From positions 256,001 to 320,000 of the forward strand of contig CAVPCR010000001.1 of NCBI GenBank assembly GCA_963702435.1: a stretch of DNA of 64,000 nucleotides, given 5' to 3'. A program made the translations under genes and the position numbers. The notes beneath the pieces are model-generated. The model had not been told where the DNA came from and made no database searches. It saw only the letters and a list, made by a program, of their open reading frames with translations. Origin of the DNA: Candidatus Eiseniibacteriota bacterium. Lineage in GTDB: Bacteria; Eisenbacteria; RBG-16-71-46; CAVPCR01. Of the stretch, positions 41,337-51,430 are shown one piece after another (position 1 is the stretch's first letter; every line of letters begins with the position of its first letter).

Positions 41337-42608
41337 ATGGCAGAGCGGCTCATCGTGTTCGAGGATGCGGCAGCGCGCCGATTCGCGCCGCTTGCGCACA
41401 CGCGCCCGGTCTTCGAGCTCCTGTGCGGACTCATGAGCCCGCGCGAGCGGTGCGAGCGCGTGTTCCGCGCCCCGGCCGCCCTCCTCTGCCGCTCGTATCT
41501 CGCACCGCTCCTGGCCGCGACCAGCGGCCGTCCGGTGAACGCGCCGGGCGGCGGGACCGGGTCGCTCTTCCTCGCGAACGGCCGCCTCCTCGATCCCGCG
41601 GCGGTGGCCGCGCTGGCCGCGGCCGCGCCCGGCCCCGCGGCCTGGTGGAACGGGGACGAGCTCGTCGCCGCGCGCGTGCCGGCGGCGGACTCGGAGGGCC
41701 TCTTCGGCAATCTCGCCGGCAACGACTTCGTCCTCGATCCGGGCATGGTCGCGCGGCTGCCGCGGCATGTCGCCCCGGTCGAGCTCGCCGCGAACCTGTG
41801 GGGTCTCGTCCTCGCCAATGCCGCGGCGATCGAGCGCGACGCGGCCGGCCTCGCGGCGGCGGCGAGCGGCCGCCCGGCCCTCCCGCCGGGCGTGCACGCG
41901 ATCGGCGACCACCCGCTCCTCCTCGCGCCCGGCGCCGAGGTCGAGCCCGGAGCGGTCCTCGATCTCCGGGCCGGCTCCATCGTCATCGGACCGGGCGCGC
42001 GCGTGGCCGGTCTCACCCGCCTCGAGGGTCCCGCCGGGATCGGCGCACGAACGCAAATTCTTGGTGGACGGATCCGCGGCGGGACCACGATCGGGCCGGG
42101 CTGCCGCATCGCGGGCGAGGTCGAGGCCTCGATCGTCCAGGGCCTCTCCAACAAGTACCACGACGGATTCCTCGGTCACGCCTACGTCGGCGAGTGGGTG
42201 AACCTGGGCGCGCTCACCACCAACTCCGATCTCAAGAACACCTACGGCACGGTCAAGGTGTGGCAGGACGGCCGGCTCGTCGAAACCGGCGAGCAGAAGG
42301 TGGGAGCGATGATCGGGGATCACGCGAAGACCGGGATCGGCTCGCTCCTCGACACCGGCACCGTGATCGGAGTCGCCGCCAACATCTTCGGCGGCAGCGC
42401 CACCCTCGGCACCAAGTTCGTGCCGTCCTTCGCCTGGGGGACGCCGCCCCGGCTCACGCTGCACGACCCCATGCGCGCGCTCGAGACCATGCAGGAGGTC
42501 ATGCGCCGGCGCGGGGCGACGATGACGGAGGCCTACCGCGAGATGCTCGATGCCGTGTTCGAGCTGACCCGGCCCGAGCGCGTGTTCGCCGGCATCCACG
42601 ATCTGTAG
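41337..42608 (+). CDS. GlmU-like putative sugar-phosphate nucleotidyl/acetyltransferase with hexapeptide repeats
   Basis: PLAHTRPVFELLCG N-terminus; left-handed beta-helix; NKYHDGFLGHAYVGEWVNLGALTTNSDLKN. Confidence 0.88.
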   Translation: MAERLIVFEDAAARRFAPLAHTRPVFELLCGLMSPRERCERVFRAPAALLCRSYLAPLLAATSGRPVNAPGGGTGSLFLANGRLLDPAAVAALAAAAPGPAAWWNGDELVAARVPAADSEGLFGNLAGNDFVLDPGMVARLPRHVAPVELAANLWGLVLANAAAIERDAAGLAAAASGRPALPPGVHAIGDHPLLLAPGAEVEPGAVLDLRAGSIVIGPGARVAGLTRLEGPAGIGARTQILGGRIRGGTTIGPGCRIAGEVEASIVQGLSNKYHDGFLGHAYVGEWVNLGALTTNSDLKNTYGTVKVWQDGRLVETGEQKVGAMIGDHAKTGIGSLLDTGTVIGVAANIFGGSATLGTKFVPSFAWGTPPRLTLHDPMRALETMQEVMRRRGATMTEAYREMLDAVFELTRPERVFAGIHDL

Positions 42609-42661
42609 CGGCCGCGGCGCCGGGCGGCCGGCCGGGGTGCGCGGCGGCGGGTCGCGACGGC

Positions 42662-43177
42662 CTACTCGACGCCGCCCACCCAGGGCGGCGGCTCGATACC
42701 CTGCGCGCGCAGCCGGAGATTGAGCTGGGCCGCGTGGTGCTGGACGTGCCGCATCGTATAGAGGAGGAGATCGCCGACCGTGAAGGGGAGCCAGGGGAAG
42801 GGGCTCCGCCGCTCGATCTCGTCGTCGGTCAGGCCGGCGATCCGCTCCCGGCACCTGGCGCGGCCCGCCGCGAGGTAGGCGCGGAGCTCCTCCTTCGTGA
42901 AGGCGACGGCGGGCGTGTCCACGTGGAAGGGCGGGAACGGCATGGCGCCGAGGAAGTTCGCATTCAAGCGATGGAAGGCCGGCGGCCGGAAGCTCTCCTC
43001 GGATGCGGACAGATAGAGATCGAGATAGAAGAGCGTGTGATAGGCGATGTGCCAGCAGGGCGGCGGCTGCGAGCGGTCGTCCCATAGCGGGTCGGGACAG
43101 GCCTCGATCGCCGCCGCGAGCGTGTCGATCGCCGCGCCGAACTGGCGGGTGAGAGCCGCTTTCCAGGCGCCGGTCAC
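42662..43177 (-). CDS. DinB family protein
   Basis: WHIAYH...RHVQHHAAQL metal-binding His pattern. Confidence 0.85.
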   Translation of the reverse strand: MTGAWKAALTRQFGAAIDTLAAAIEACPDPLWDDRSQPPPCWHIAYHTLFYLDLYLSASEESFRPPAFHRLNANFLGAMPFPPFHVDTPAVAFTKEELRAYLAAGRARCRERIAGLTDDEIERRSPFPWLPFTVGDLLLYTMRHVQHHAAQLNLRLRAQGIEPPPWVGGVE

Positions 43178-43196
43178 GGCCCGCCCCGGCGCCGGT

Positions 43197-43679
43197 TCAT
43201 GCCGGCCGCTCCGCGATCATCGCCGCCAGATCGTCGGGGGTCACGCTGAAGGCGCGCGCGAAGCCGCCGACGAAGCGCGCGGCGAGCGGCGTGATCGCGA
43301 AGAGCGTGAAGTCGGGCAACCCGAACATCGGCTCCGCGTCGGGGAAGCGCCGGAGGTAGATCCCGCGCGCGACCGCGTACTCGGCGGCGTCGCGGGCGAT
43401 CTCGCGGGCGCGCCCCTGGATCGACAGCCGGGCCAGGGCCTGCGGCGGGGCACCCGAGTCCTCGGACTCCATGACGAGGAGGCCGACCCGCGGATCCGCG
43501 CTCATGTCCTGCGTGTGCTGGGCGAGCCCGCTCACGTGGACGTAGAACGTCCTGCCGTCCGCGGCCACCACGAACGGGACCATGGACACGAAGGGCGCCC
43601 CTTCGTGCAGCGTGCCCAGGGCTGCGGCCGCCTTCTCTCGAACGAGCGCGGTGAGCGCCTCACGTGTTCCGGCATCCAT
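43197..43679 (-). CDS. Pyridoxamine 5'-phosphate oxidase/HugZ-like split-barrel protein
   Basis: LGTLHEGAPFVSMV, SGLAQHTQDM..DPRV, RLSIQG, VGGFARA. Confidence 0.88.
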   Translation of the reverse strand: MDAGTREALTALVREKAAAALGTLHEGAPFVSMVPFVVAADGRTFYVHVSGLAQHTQDMSADPRVGLLVMESEDSGAPPQALARLSIQGRAREIARDAAEYAVARGIYLRRFPDAEPMFGLPDFTLFAITPLAARFVGGFARAFSVTPDDLAAMIAERPA

Positions 43680-43745
43680 ATGCGTCCATCCCTCCGTGAC
43701 TGAAATGCACCCGGACCCGAGGATACAGCCCCGGCGCCCCCGGCA

Positions 43746-44126
43746 CTAGAGCTCGGCGAACGCGACGACGTGGCCGTCGGGATCGAGCGCGTAGGCGGCG
43801 CGATGTCCCCAGTCGCGCGGGGCGAGCGGGCTCACCTCGACCGCCCCGGCGGCGAGCGCCCGCGCGTGGCAGAGCGCCGCGTCGGGGACGACGAGGTAGA
43901 CCTCGGCGCGCGGCGGGCCTGCGGGCTCCCCCGGAGCGGGGCCGTGCGCGCCGAGGAGCCGCCGGGCGCCCGCCACCGGCATGAGGCCGAGGCGCACGCC
44001 GGACCGGAGCTCGAACTCGGTCATCCCCGGGACGTTGAGCACCGGCTCGCGCGCGAGCACGCGCGCGTAGAACGCGGTCGCGCGTTCCTGATCGGCAACA
44101 TACAGGATGAAGTGGACCTCGCGCAT
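43746..44126 (-). CDS. VOC/glyoxalase family protein
   Basis: ILYVADQERATAFY...DWGHRAAYALDPDGH. Confidence 0.88.
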   Translation of the reverse strand: MREVHFILYVADQERATAFYARVLAREPVLNVPGMTEFELRSGVRLGLMPVAGARRLLGAHGPAPGEPAGPPRAEVYLVVPDAALCHARALAAGAVEVSPLAPRDWGHRAAYALDPDGHVVAFAEL

Positions 44127-44284
44127 ACCGGCACCGTCCTCCTTCCTGCTCGCGGCGGCAGGCGAAACGACGAGGCCGGGGCGGGCGCGGGATGGTCGGT
44201 CTCGCTCATCCTCCGCACTCTCCCCGGCCTCGCGCTGCCGCGGCCGCGCTGTCGCGCGCCGGCTCTTGTGCTTGCTCGCTCCGG

Positions 44285-45484
44285 CTACTTCTTGGTGACG
44301 CGCAGGTCGATGCGCCGATTGCGCTGGCGACCTTCCTCGGTGTCGTTCGACGCCACCGGGAACTGCTCGCCGTACCCCTCGGCGGCCATGCGTGCCGGCG
44401 CGACGCCGAGCTGGACGAGCGCGTTCATGGTGTTGGTGGCCCGATCCTGCGACAGCTTCATGTTCCCGGCATCGTCACCGACCGAGTCCGTGTAACCGCC
44501 GATCTTGATCTCGACCTGCGGGTAGGCCGAGAGGATGTCGGCGATGTTCTTGAGCTGCTCCTGCGAGCTGGGCATGAGCACGGCCGACGCGGTCTCGAAC
44601 TCGAGGCGGTCGAACGAGAACCACGTGGTCTTGTCCACCGGGCGATTCGCGTCCTCGATGAAGGCGATGAGCTGCGACTCGATGCCGTTCTCCGGCACGT
44701 TGAGCTTGACGCCGTTCGGGAGGCCGCGGATGACGAAGACCGGAGCCGGAGTGGCCGGCGCGACCTCGGCCGGCGGAGCCTGGGGCTCGGGGGTCGTGGC
44801 CACCGGTTCTTCCTGACGGCGACCCTTCCAGAGCCAGAAGAGAAGGAGCAGGGCGATGAGCGGGAGGAGCCACTTCCAGAGCGCCGAACCGCCGCGGGCG
44901 GACGGCATCGCGGCAGCCGCTGCCGCGCGGCCGGCATCGCCGAAGTCGAACCCGAGCGCCTGGGCCAGTCCGGCCGGCGCCGCCCCGCGGAGAAAGGATG
45001 ACTGCGAACCGAGGAGGTTGCCGAGCCCCGCCGCGTTGTAGTTCCCCCCGGTCCGCAGGTACTTGAGGATCCAGTTGAGAACGAAGGGCGCGCCGATCGA
45101 CAGGAGAGAGCTCGCCGCGTTCCGGTTCAGCCCGGCCGCGGAGCTCAGCCAATCGGTGACCGAGTTCTGGCGCGGGCCGAAGATCGCCGGAAGGAGCGGA
45201 GCCCCGAGCTTGAGAAGCGCGGGAACCCCGCCGAGCGCGCTCGCCGCGCTCGCCATGGTCCCGAACTTGCTGCCGTCGAGACCGCTCTGCTCGGCCAGCT
45301 TGACGAGATCGCTCGCACCCTGGGCCGTCGACGCCTTGCTCACGAAGCCGCCGAGGATGGCCGGCATGAGACTGCCCATCGCCGACTTGGTGGCGCCCGA
45401 CGACTCGCCGATCGCCGAGGCCACAGCGGAGATCGCGTCGTCGCCGATCTCGCGCCCGATCAGATCCAGAAGATTGACTGCCAT
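44285..45484 (-). CDS. DUF937-like N-terminal domain, TM helix and OmpA-like peptidoglycan-binding domain
   Basis: MAVNLLDLI...; WKWLLPLIALLLLFWLW; FETASA...IGGYTD...LSQDRA...GYGEQFPVASNDTEEGRQRNRRI. Confidence 0.92.
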   Translation of the reverse strand: MAVNLLDLIGREIGDDAISAVASAIGESSGATKSAMGSLMPAILGGFVSKASTAQGASDLVKLAEQSGLDGSKFGTMASAASALGGVPALLKLGAPLLPAIFGPRQNSVTDWLSSAAGLNRNAASSLLSIGAPFVLNWILKYLRTGGNYNAAGLGNLLGSQSSFLRGAAPAGLAQALGFDFGDAGRAAAAAAMPSARGGSALWKWLLPLIALLLLFWLWKGRRQEEPVATTPEPQAPPAEVAPATPAPVFVIRGLPNGVKLNVPENGIESQLIAFIEDANRPVDKTTWFSFDRLEFETASAVLMPSSQEQLKNIADILSAYPQVEIKIGGYTDSVGDDAGNMKLSQDRATNTMNALVQLGVAPARMAAEGYGEQFPVASNDTEEGRQRNRRIDLRVTKK

Positions 45485-45780
45485 CTTGCTACCCCCGTGA
45501 AAGGACGAATCGCAACCGAACCCCACTCACTTCGTCGGGAAGCACCGCGCGCTGTTGCGGTGCCGGACCGGTGGCGACCACGGCTCCCCGCTCTTGCGCT
45601 GGAGCCAATTTGTGTAGTGGATGTGCGGCCCTGAGGTGCGGGCCTGGCGGACGTGGTGAGTGAATCGAGATGTGCTTGGCTCAGCGCGGCCGCCGGCCCC
45701 GCATGCACTGCTGTCTACGGATGGCACCGACGGGAGGAGTTCAAGGCCGGCGGGGACGTTAAGGAGGCGCCGGCCGGAAG

Positions 45781-46284
45781 TCAATCACCTTGCACCGCGG
45801 CGAGCCAGCGGAGAGCCGCGGCCGCCGTGGCGGAGGAAGGGAACTCGTCCAGGACGCGCTGATAGAGCACCCGGGCGGCGGGTGCCCGCCCGAGCTGGAG
45901 CTCGGCGAACGCCGCATTGAGGAGCGCCATCTCGCGGAAGCTCTGCGGCGAGGGGCTGAGTAGAACCGCCGTGCGATGGCGGTCGATCCAGGGATGGCGA
46001 GAGAGGAACGCGTAGCTCGCCTCGAACTCCCCGATGGCGTCCTGGAAGGCGCGGGCGCGAAGCGCCGCGATGCCCGCAGCGTGGTGCCGGAGGAGGAGAG
46101 CACGCGCCCCGCGCGCGTGAAGGAGATAGAGAAGCGTCCCCGCGAGCAGCACCCAGGGAGTGGGTCCGAGGACGAGCCGGCAGATGACGAGCGCCACGGC
46201 GAGCGCGACGAGCTGCACGCCGAGCGCCGGCCAGGCGATGTGGCGCACGGCGCCGAGCCGTGCGGAGGGATCGGGGTTCTGCAC
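45781..46284 (-). CDS. Membrane protein with C-terminal TPR-like helices
   Basis: AGGAGGAG RBS before GTG 46284; two TM helices followed by TPR-like helices. Confidence 0.7.
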   Translation of the reverse strand: MQNPDPSARLGAVRHIAWPALGVQLVALAVALVICRLVLGPTPWVLLAGTLLYLLHARGARALLLRHHAAGIAALRARAFQDAIGEFEASYAFLSRHPWIDRHRTAVLLSPSPQSFREMALLNAAFAELQLGRAPAARVLYQRVLDEFPSSATAAAALRWLAAVQGD

Positions 46285-46286
46285 GG

Positions 46287-47135
46287 TCAGACTCCTCCTG
46301 GGTCCGGTCGCGGGCTCGCGAAGCACCGGCGGAGCCAGGTGCTCGTGACGGCGAAGAAGTCGTCGCGCACGGCCCGCTCCCGCCACGGGTAGTGCCCGCA
46401 GCGCTCCCACTCGCGGTACTCGAGGGCCGGGAGGTAGGGCTCGAGGCTCGCCCGGATCAGATGGCCGGGGTGCGGATCCTGCGCGCCGTGGAGCAGGAGC
46501 ACCGGCACGTCGATCGCGGCGAAGGCGGCCGGATACACGCCGGCTGCCTGGAGCCGCAGCATGTCATCCCAGGTCTCGCGGTGAGCGCGCGCATCGCACG
46601 GCTCGGCGTCCTCGTCGGCCATCGCGTCACAGGAATACAGCGGCTCGAGGAGATCCGCTCTCATCCGGAGTCGCTGGTCGGGATCGGAGATCGTGGTCTC
46701 GAGAGCGCGGAGCCGCTCGCGCAACGCGCCGTCCATTCGTTCGGCGCACAGCTCCTGAAAACGCGCGCGCTCTGCTGGCCCGAAGGTGCCAGAGCCGACG
46801 GCGACGAGCGCCGTCACCTGCCCGGGATGCGCCGCCGCGTAGGCGAGCGCGAGCATGGCTCCCCACGAGTGCCCGACGAGCGCCGGGCGCAGGCCGCCCT
46901 CCCCTGCCGTGATCTCGACCACGAGCGCGTCGAGGTCGGCGACGTGACGGGCGACCGTGAGCGGCTCTTCCGTGACGGTCCCGTCCGGCCGCGTGCTCCC
47001 GCGCTGGAACGGCTCGTGGACGCGGAACGCAGCGGCCAGCCCGCGGGCGAGCCCGCACGCCGAACCCGGGGCGCCGGGGCCGCCATGCAGGACGATGACC
47101 GGGGGACCGGAGCTTCCGTGGCGGTGCATCCGCAT
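46287..47135 (-). CDS. Alpha/beta hydrolase
   Basis: LHGGPG, GHSWG nucleophile elbow, HGAQD, CGHYPW. Confidence 0.92.
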   Translation of the reverse strand: MRMHRHGSSGPPVIVLHGGPGAPGSACGLARGLAAAFRVHEPFQRGSTRPDGTVTEEPLTVARHVADLDALVVEITAGEGGLRPALVGHSWGAMLALAYAAAHPGQVTALVAVGSGTFGPAERARFQELCAERMDGALRERLRALETTISDPDQRLRMRADLLEPLYSCDAMADEDAEPCDARAHRETWDDMLRLQAAGVYPAAFAAIDVPVLLLHGAQDPHPGHLIRASLEPYLPALEYREWERCGHYPWRERAVRDDFFAVTSTWLRRCFASPRPDPGGV

Positions 47136-47147
47136 GCGGTGACCGAG

Positions 47148-47498
47148 CTAGGACCTGAACCAGAGACGAGCGGCCACCACCACCAGCACGAGCGCGAACG
47201 CCCGCTCGATCACACGCCCCGGCAGCCGGACGCCGATCAGGGCGCCGACCAGGGTGCCGAGGAACAGACCGCAGGCGATGAGGAGGCCGGCGCGCAGGTC
47301 GACCTGCCCATTCCGGTAGTACTGCCAGACGCCGAGCGCCCCGACCGGGAGGAGGAGCGCGGCGAGCGACGTCCCGGTGGCTGTCTGCACCTGCATCGAG
47401 GCAAAGAAGAGCAAGGCGGGGACGATGACGATGCCGCCGCCGATACCGAAGATCCCGGCCAGAACGCCGGCCCCGAGCCCGATGACGAGAAAGATCAT
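47148..47498 (-). CDS. Half-size TauE/SafE (TSUP) family transporter
   Basis: GLGAGVLAGIFGIGGGIVIVP, ATGTSL; 116 aa, mostly hydrophobic. Confidence 0.88.
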   Translation of the reverse strand: MIFLVIGLGAGVLAGIFGIGGGIVIVPALLFFASMQVQTATGTSLAALLLPVGALGVWQYYRNGQVDLRAGLLIACGLFLGTLVGALIGVRLPGRVIERAFALVLVVVAARLWFRS

Positions 47499-48046
47499 GT
47501 CGCGACCGCGCCTCCTTCGCTTCCTGCCTGCCAGTCGTCGCGCCGGAGCTCCCAGTAGCCCGGCGCGGGGTGGAGATCCGCGGGGCGCGGCGCTTCCCGC
47601 AACCCGCACGCATAGTAGAGGGTGCGCGCCGCCAGGTTGGCGACGGCGGGCTCCGTGAAGACCGCCGCCACGTCCGGCCGCGCCGCGAAGACCCAGCGAA
47701 TCAAGGTGCTCAGGGCGTCGCGACTCAGCCGCCGGCCCCGTGCTGCGATCGTGAGTTTGATGTCGAGGCTCGCGCGGCCGTGAGCGCGGTCCACGGCGGC
47801 GTACGTCTCCCCGCAGAACCCGAGCGGCGCGGCGCGCACCGTGAAGTGGTAGCGATCCGGGTGATCCCGCACCCGGTCGAACCAGGCGGCCATCCGTGCG
47901 GCGTCGTAGCCGAGGCCCTCCGGAAACCCGACCGCTGCCATCACGCGGCCGTCGTTCCAGAGCGCGGCAAGAGCAGCCAGGTCCTCCTCGCGCGTGCTCA
48001 CGAGCTCGACGCGCGCGCCGCGGAGCGTGAGCTCTGGATTCGCCAT
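47495..48046 (-). CDS. GNAT (RimJ/RimL-like) N-acetyltransferase
   Basis: ARGRRLSRDAL, NLAARTLYYACG; its stop overlaps the TauE start (ATGA). Confidence 0.8.
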   Translation of the reverse strand: MANPELTLRGARVELVSTREEDLAALAALWNDGRVMAAVGFPEGLGYDAARMAAWFDRVRDHPDRYHFTVRAAPLGFCGETYAAVDRAHGRASLDIKLTIAARGRRLSRDALSTLIRWVFAARPDVAAVFTEPAVANLAARTLYYACGLREAPRPADLHPAPGYWELRRDDWQAGSEGGAVAT

Positions 48047-48060
48047 GCGCGGAGGATAGC

Positions 48061-48753
48061 TCAACCGGCGCCCGCGCACCCGAGCCGCTTCCGGACTGCG
48101 TCGCTCTCGAGCTCGCGGATGGCATCGGCCGCCACCCAGCGCGCGGCGCGCGAATCGACCGCGCGGAGACGACGGGCCGTGGCGAGGGCGGCCCGCCGGA
48201 GCCGGCGATTGCGCTTGCCGATGTTGCGGAGCGCCCAGTTGACCGCCTTCTTGACGAAGTTGCGCTCGTCGGTGGCGGCAGCCGCGATGATCGGGAGGAG
48301 CGCCTGGAAGCTGGCGTCCGACGCCTCCCGGTCGTGCACGGCGAGGCTCGCGATGAGGGCGAAGGCGGCGCGCCGGACGTACTCCTCGTCGCGCGCGGCC
48401 CAGGGGCGGATCTTCCGCCAGGCGAGCGGCGAGCGGTCGAAGAGGTTGCCGCACACCTGATCGCAGACATCCCAGGAGTTGAAACCGGCGACCCAGGCGT
48501 CCATCTGCCGGGCGGTGAGCGCGGCCGGATCGGCGACCAGGCTCGCCACTATCCGCGCATCGGGGATGCCGGTCTTCCAGAGAGCGAGGGCGAGACGATG
48601 ATCCCGGCCGAGCGCTTTCGCGATCTTGCGCATGGCAGGCACCGAGAGGCCGAGCCGGCGATCGGGTGTCAGGCCGAAACGGGCCATGCCCGCGATCTCT
48701 CCGGGCCGCGCCTCGGCTCTGATCAACTGCATTGCGTGGTCAAGAGACGCCAT
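48061..48753 (-). CDS. DNA alkylation repair protein (AlkD-like HEAT-repeat)
   Basis: FNSWDVCDQVCGNLF, DERNFVKKAVNWALRNIGKR. Confidence 0.92.
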   Translation of the reverse strand: MASLDHAMQLIRAEARPGEIAGMARFGLTPDRRLGLSVPAMRKIAKALGRDHRLALALWKTGIPDARIVASLVADPAALTARQMDAWVAGFNSWDVCDQVCGNLFDRSPLAWRKIRPWAARDEEYVRRAAFALIASLAVHDREASDASFQALLPIIAAAATDERNFVKKAVNWALRNIGKRNRRLRRAALATARRLRAVDSRAARWVAADAIRELESDAVRKRLGCAGAG

Positions 48754-48763
48754 CGTTCCCTGA

Positions 48764-49156
48764 TCACTCCCGGCCGGACGGAAACCCGGTGCCGGCGACA
48801 AACTCCGCCCACGGCCGCGGATCGATGTGCTGGTACTCGCGCCAGTGCGTGATGAGCCCGTGCTCCACGCGCACGATTGCGACGCCGTGGTAGCGATGTG
48901 CGCCCTCGTACGTGTACTCGCCGGCACCGATCTGGCGCTCCTCATCGAAGAGGATCGTGTGCCATGCCATGCGCTGCGGGCGACCCTCGTCGGCGGCAAA
49001 GAAGGCGGCGAGGGTCGCGCGATCTGCGAACGAATAGCGGAGCGGATCCGCGTAGCGCACACCGGCGGCGAAGGCGGCGGCGACCTCGTCGTAGGCCCGC
49101 CGGCGCCAGCCGTCCGCCAGTCGCTCGAGCAAGGCGCGAAACTCGAGCGGCGTCAT
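48764..49156 (-). CDS. NTF2/SnoaL-like protein
   Basis: 130 aa; FAAGVRYADP...GLITHWREY. Confidence 0.82.
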   Translation of the reverse strand: MTPLEFRALLERLADGWRRRAYDEVAAAFAAGVRYADPLRYSFADRATLAAFFAADEGRPQRMAWHTILFDEERQIGAGEYTYEGAHRYHGVAIVRVEHGLITHWREYQHIDPRPWAEFVAGTGFPSGRE

Positions 49157-49920
49157 GGGGAATCGCTACCTGCGGCGCGGTCGCCCGCCTTCTCGGCCAG
49201 AACCATGATCTCGATCTCGTCCAGATCGAGCGGTCGCTTCCCCCAGGCGCCGGCCGTGCCACCCCACAGCCCGCGCACACGCAGGCCGGCTGTTCTGAAG
49301 AGCAGGACGAGCTCGGTCGGCACGAATCCGCGCTCGCGGAGCGGCAACGAGACGGGAGGTGCGCACTCCGAGCGTTCGGACAGGGTCCCCGGATCGAAGA
49401 GGCCGCGTGCCACCGCATCCTGGTCATGCTTCCGGATCAGCGCGCATCCGTTCAGCACCGTGAACAGGCAGTGCGCACCGGGTTTCATGGCCCGCGCCAC
49501 GTTCGTGAGGATGGCCAGCGGCTGCTCGATCGGATCGTCCGCCGGTACGAGCAGGCCGCAAGCGCCCTCGCACAGGCAGATGACCGCATCGAACGTGGCC
49601 GCGAACGAGAAGCGGGCCGCGTCCTCCTGCCGCCAGTCGACGTCGACGCCCGCCGCGGCCGCGCGCCGCCTGGCCTCGGCCAGCATCCCCGCCGAGAGAT
49701 CGAGCCCGGTGACGGCGAATCCGCGGCGCGCGAGCTCGATCGCATGACGACCCGTGCCGCAGCCGACGTCGAGGAGAGCGTCCCCCGGCCGCAGCCCGAG
49801 CTCCGCGACGAGGAAGTCCACCTCGGCGCGCGTGTTCTTCGTGAACACGTTGTCCTCGTACACCGGGGCGTGCTGGTCGAAGAAGACCGCCCAGCAGTTG
49901 TCGGCCGCGTTGCCCGCCAT
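49153..49920 (-). CDS. Class I SAM-dependent methyltransferase
   Basis: LLDVGCGTGRH, GLDLSAGML, FDAVICL. Confidence 0.92.
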   Translation of the reverse strand: MAGNAADNCWAVFFDQHAPVYEDNVFTKNTRAEVDFLVAELGLRPGDALLDVGCGTGRHAIELARRGFAVTGLDLSAGMLAEARRRAAAAGVDVDWRQEDAARFSFAATFDAVICLCEGACGLLVPADDPIEQPLAILTNVARAMKPGAHCLFTVLNGCALIRKHDQDAVARGLFDPGTLSERSECAPPVSLPLRERGFVPTELVLLFRTAGLRVRGLWGGTAGAWGKRPLDLDEIEIMVLAEKAGDRAAGSDSP

Positions 49921-49942
49921 TGCGCCTCCTCTCCCGCTCAGG

Positions 49943-50431
49943 TCACCGGGATGCGCCGCGACGGAATGGAAAGTCGATGACCCGCGTCTCGCCGTTCCGC
50001 TCGCCCTCGATCTGGGCGAGCAGCGAGTCGGGCCCCACGCGCCGGTAGCGGACCCGCTGTGGAAAGTCGTGTGCCGGATCGGCGAAGACGGCGGTCGAGT
50101 CGGTGAGCTCGATCGCCGGGAACTCCGCCGTCGCCTGGCCCGAGGGCGAAGCGATGTACACGAGCATCCCGGCTCGCTCCTCGATCCGGAGGTACTCGTA
50201 CTCGACCGTCTTCCCGGCGACGACGGTACGGCTCACGCCGAGCATGGTCATCCCGAGCGGCTCGAGCCAGAGCTCCTCGCGGCGCCCGTTCGCGAGCTCC
50301 TGGACCCACGAACCGGCAAGCCAGGCGATGCGCGCCAACGGGTCGTTGTCGCCGGTGGCGCCGTGCGCTGCGGGGACGACCAGCGCAAGGAGCGCGCCGG
50401 CGCCGAGGAAGGTCAACGTCATCCAGTCCAT
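49943..50431 (-). CDS. Secreted DUF6265-like protein
   Basis: Signal peptide; WLAGSW, EYLRIEE, AHDFPQRVRY. Confidence 0.8.
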   Translation of the reverse strand: MDWMTLTFLGAGALLALVVPAAHGATGDNDPLARIAWLAGSWVQELANGRREELWLEPLGMTMLGVSRTVVAGKTVEYEYLRIEERAGMLVYIASPSGQATAEFPAIELTDSTAVFADPAHDFPQRVRYRRVGPDSLLAQIEGERNGETRVIDFPFRRGASR

Positions 50432-50444
50432 CTCGACCTCCGTT

Positions 50445-51314
50445 TCACGCCGGCCGCCGCGCGAGCAGCGAGAAGGTCATCGGGATCCGCGCCGCGAGCT
50501 CCGGTCGCAGATGGGGAAAGGCCGGCCAGTACGGATCCGGGTGTTCGCCGAGATGCTCGATCGTCAGACCGGCTCCGCGAAGCGCCTGGAACACGGCGGC
50601 GATCGACCACAGGCGCTCGTGCTTCCGCGCATGCTCGCCGGCAGGACGTCCCAGATCGCCGATGTAACTCCCCGGCCAGCCGCGCGACGCCTCGGCATGC
50701 CGGAAGTAGTCGGCCCCCGAGGCGACGAGCGTCTCGGCGTCCATGTCGAACAGGTAGGTCACCGGATGGTCGTCCAGGACGTGGAAGCGACCGCCCGGCA
50801 TCAAGAGTCGATGCACGACCGCGGCCCAGCGCTCGAGATCGTGGATCCAGCACAGCGCCCCCTGTCCGGTGTAGACGAGGTCGGCCTGTCCGTCGAGCTC
50901 GGCGGGCGCATCGAGCACGTCGCAGCGATACCAGAGAGCCGGGGCCCCGAGCGCGTCGCTCAGGCGCCGAGCGTTCGCGATGTGCACGTCGGAGATGTCG
51001 ATGCCGATCACACGCGCTGCTCCCTCTTTCCAGAGCGAGAGCGTGTCCTCGCCCGAGGCGCACTGGAGATGGATGGCCGTACGGCACCAGGATCGGAGGT
51101 CGCCGAGGTTGGCTCGCTCGATCGGATGCAGGCTCGAGCCGCCGTTCTTGAGGAAGTCGAACCTCTTCGCCCAGCGCTCGGTGTAGTACGCGGCGCCCTC
51201 GTTCCAGGCAAGGCGATTGGCCTCGTGGCGCGCCCGCACCTCGTCCGGGCCTGCCGCCGGGGGCTCGACCTCCCCCTGCATACCGGCCGGGAGGCCGAGC
51301 TTCTCGTTCTCCAT
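50445..51314 (-). CDS. Class I SAM-dependent methyltransferase
   Basis: ANRLAWNE, HLQCASGEDTLS, GIDIS, DLVYTGQGALCW; AAGGAG RBS before ATG 51314. Confidence 0.9.
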   Translation of the reverse strand: MENEKLGLPAGMQGEVEPPAAGPDEVRARHEANRLAWNEGAAYYTERWAKRFDFLKNGGSSLHPIERANLGDLRSWCRTAIHLQCASGEDTLSLWKEGAARVIGIDISDVHIANARRLSDALGAPALWYRCDVLDAPAELDGQADLVYTGQGALCWIHDLERWAAVVHRLLMPGGRFHVLDDHPVTYLFDMDAETLVASGADYFRHAEASRGWPGSYIGDLGRPAGEHARKHERLWSIAAVFQALRGAGLTIEHLGEHPDPYWPAFPHLRPELAARIPMTFSLLARRPA

Positions 51315-51430
51315 CGCGATCAGCTCCTTCCCTGCCTTTCGATGCCGCGCCCCCAGGGCAGCGTGCGGCGCGCGAACTCGCCGCTGCAGCGGGCCGGATC
51401 GGACGTCTCTTGATCGCGCGAGAAGCCGGA

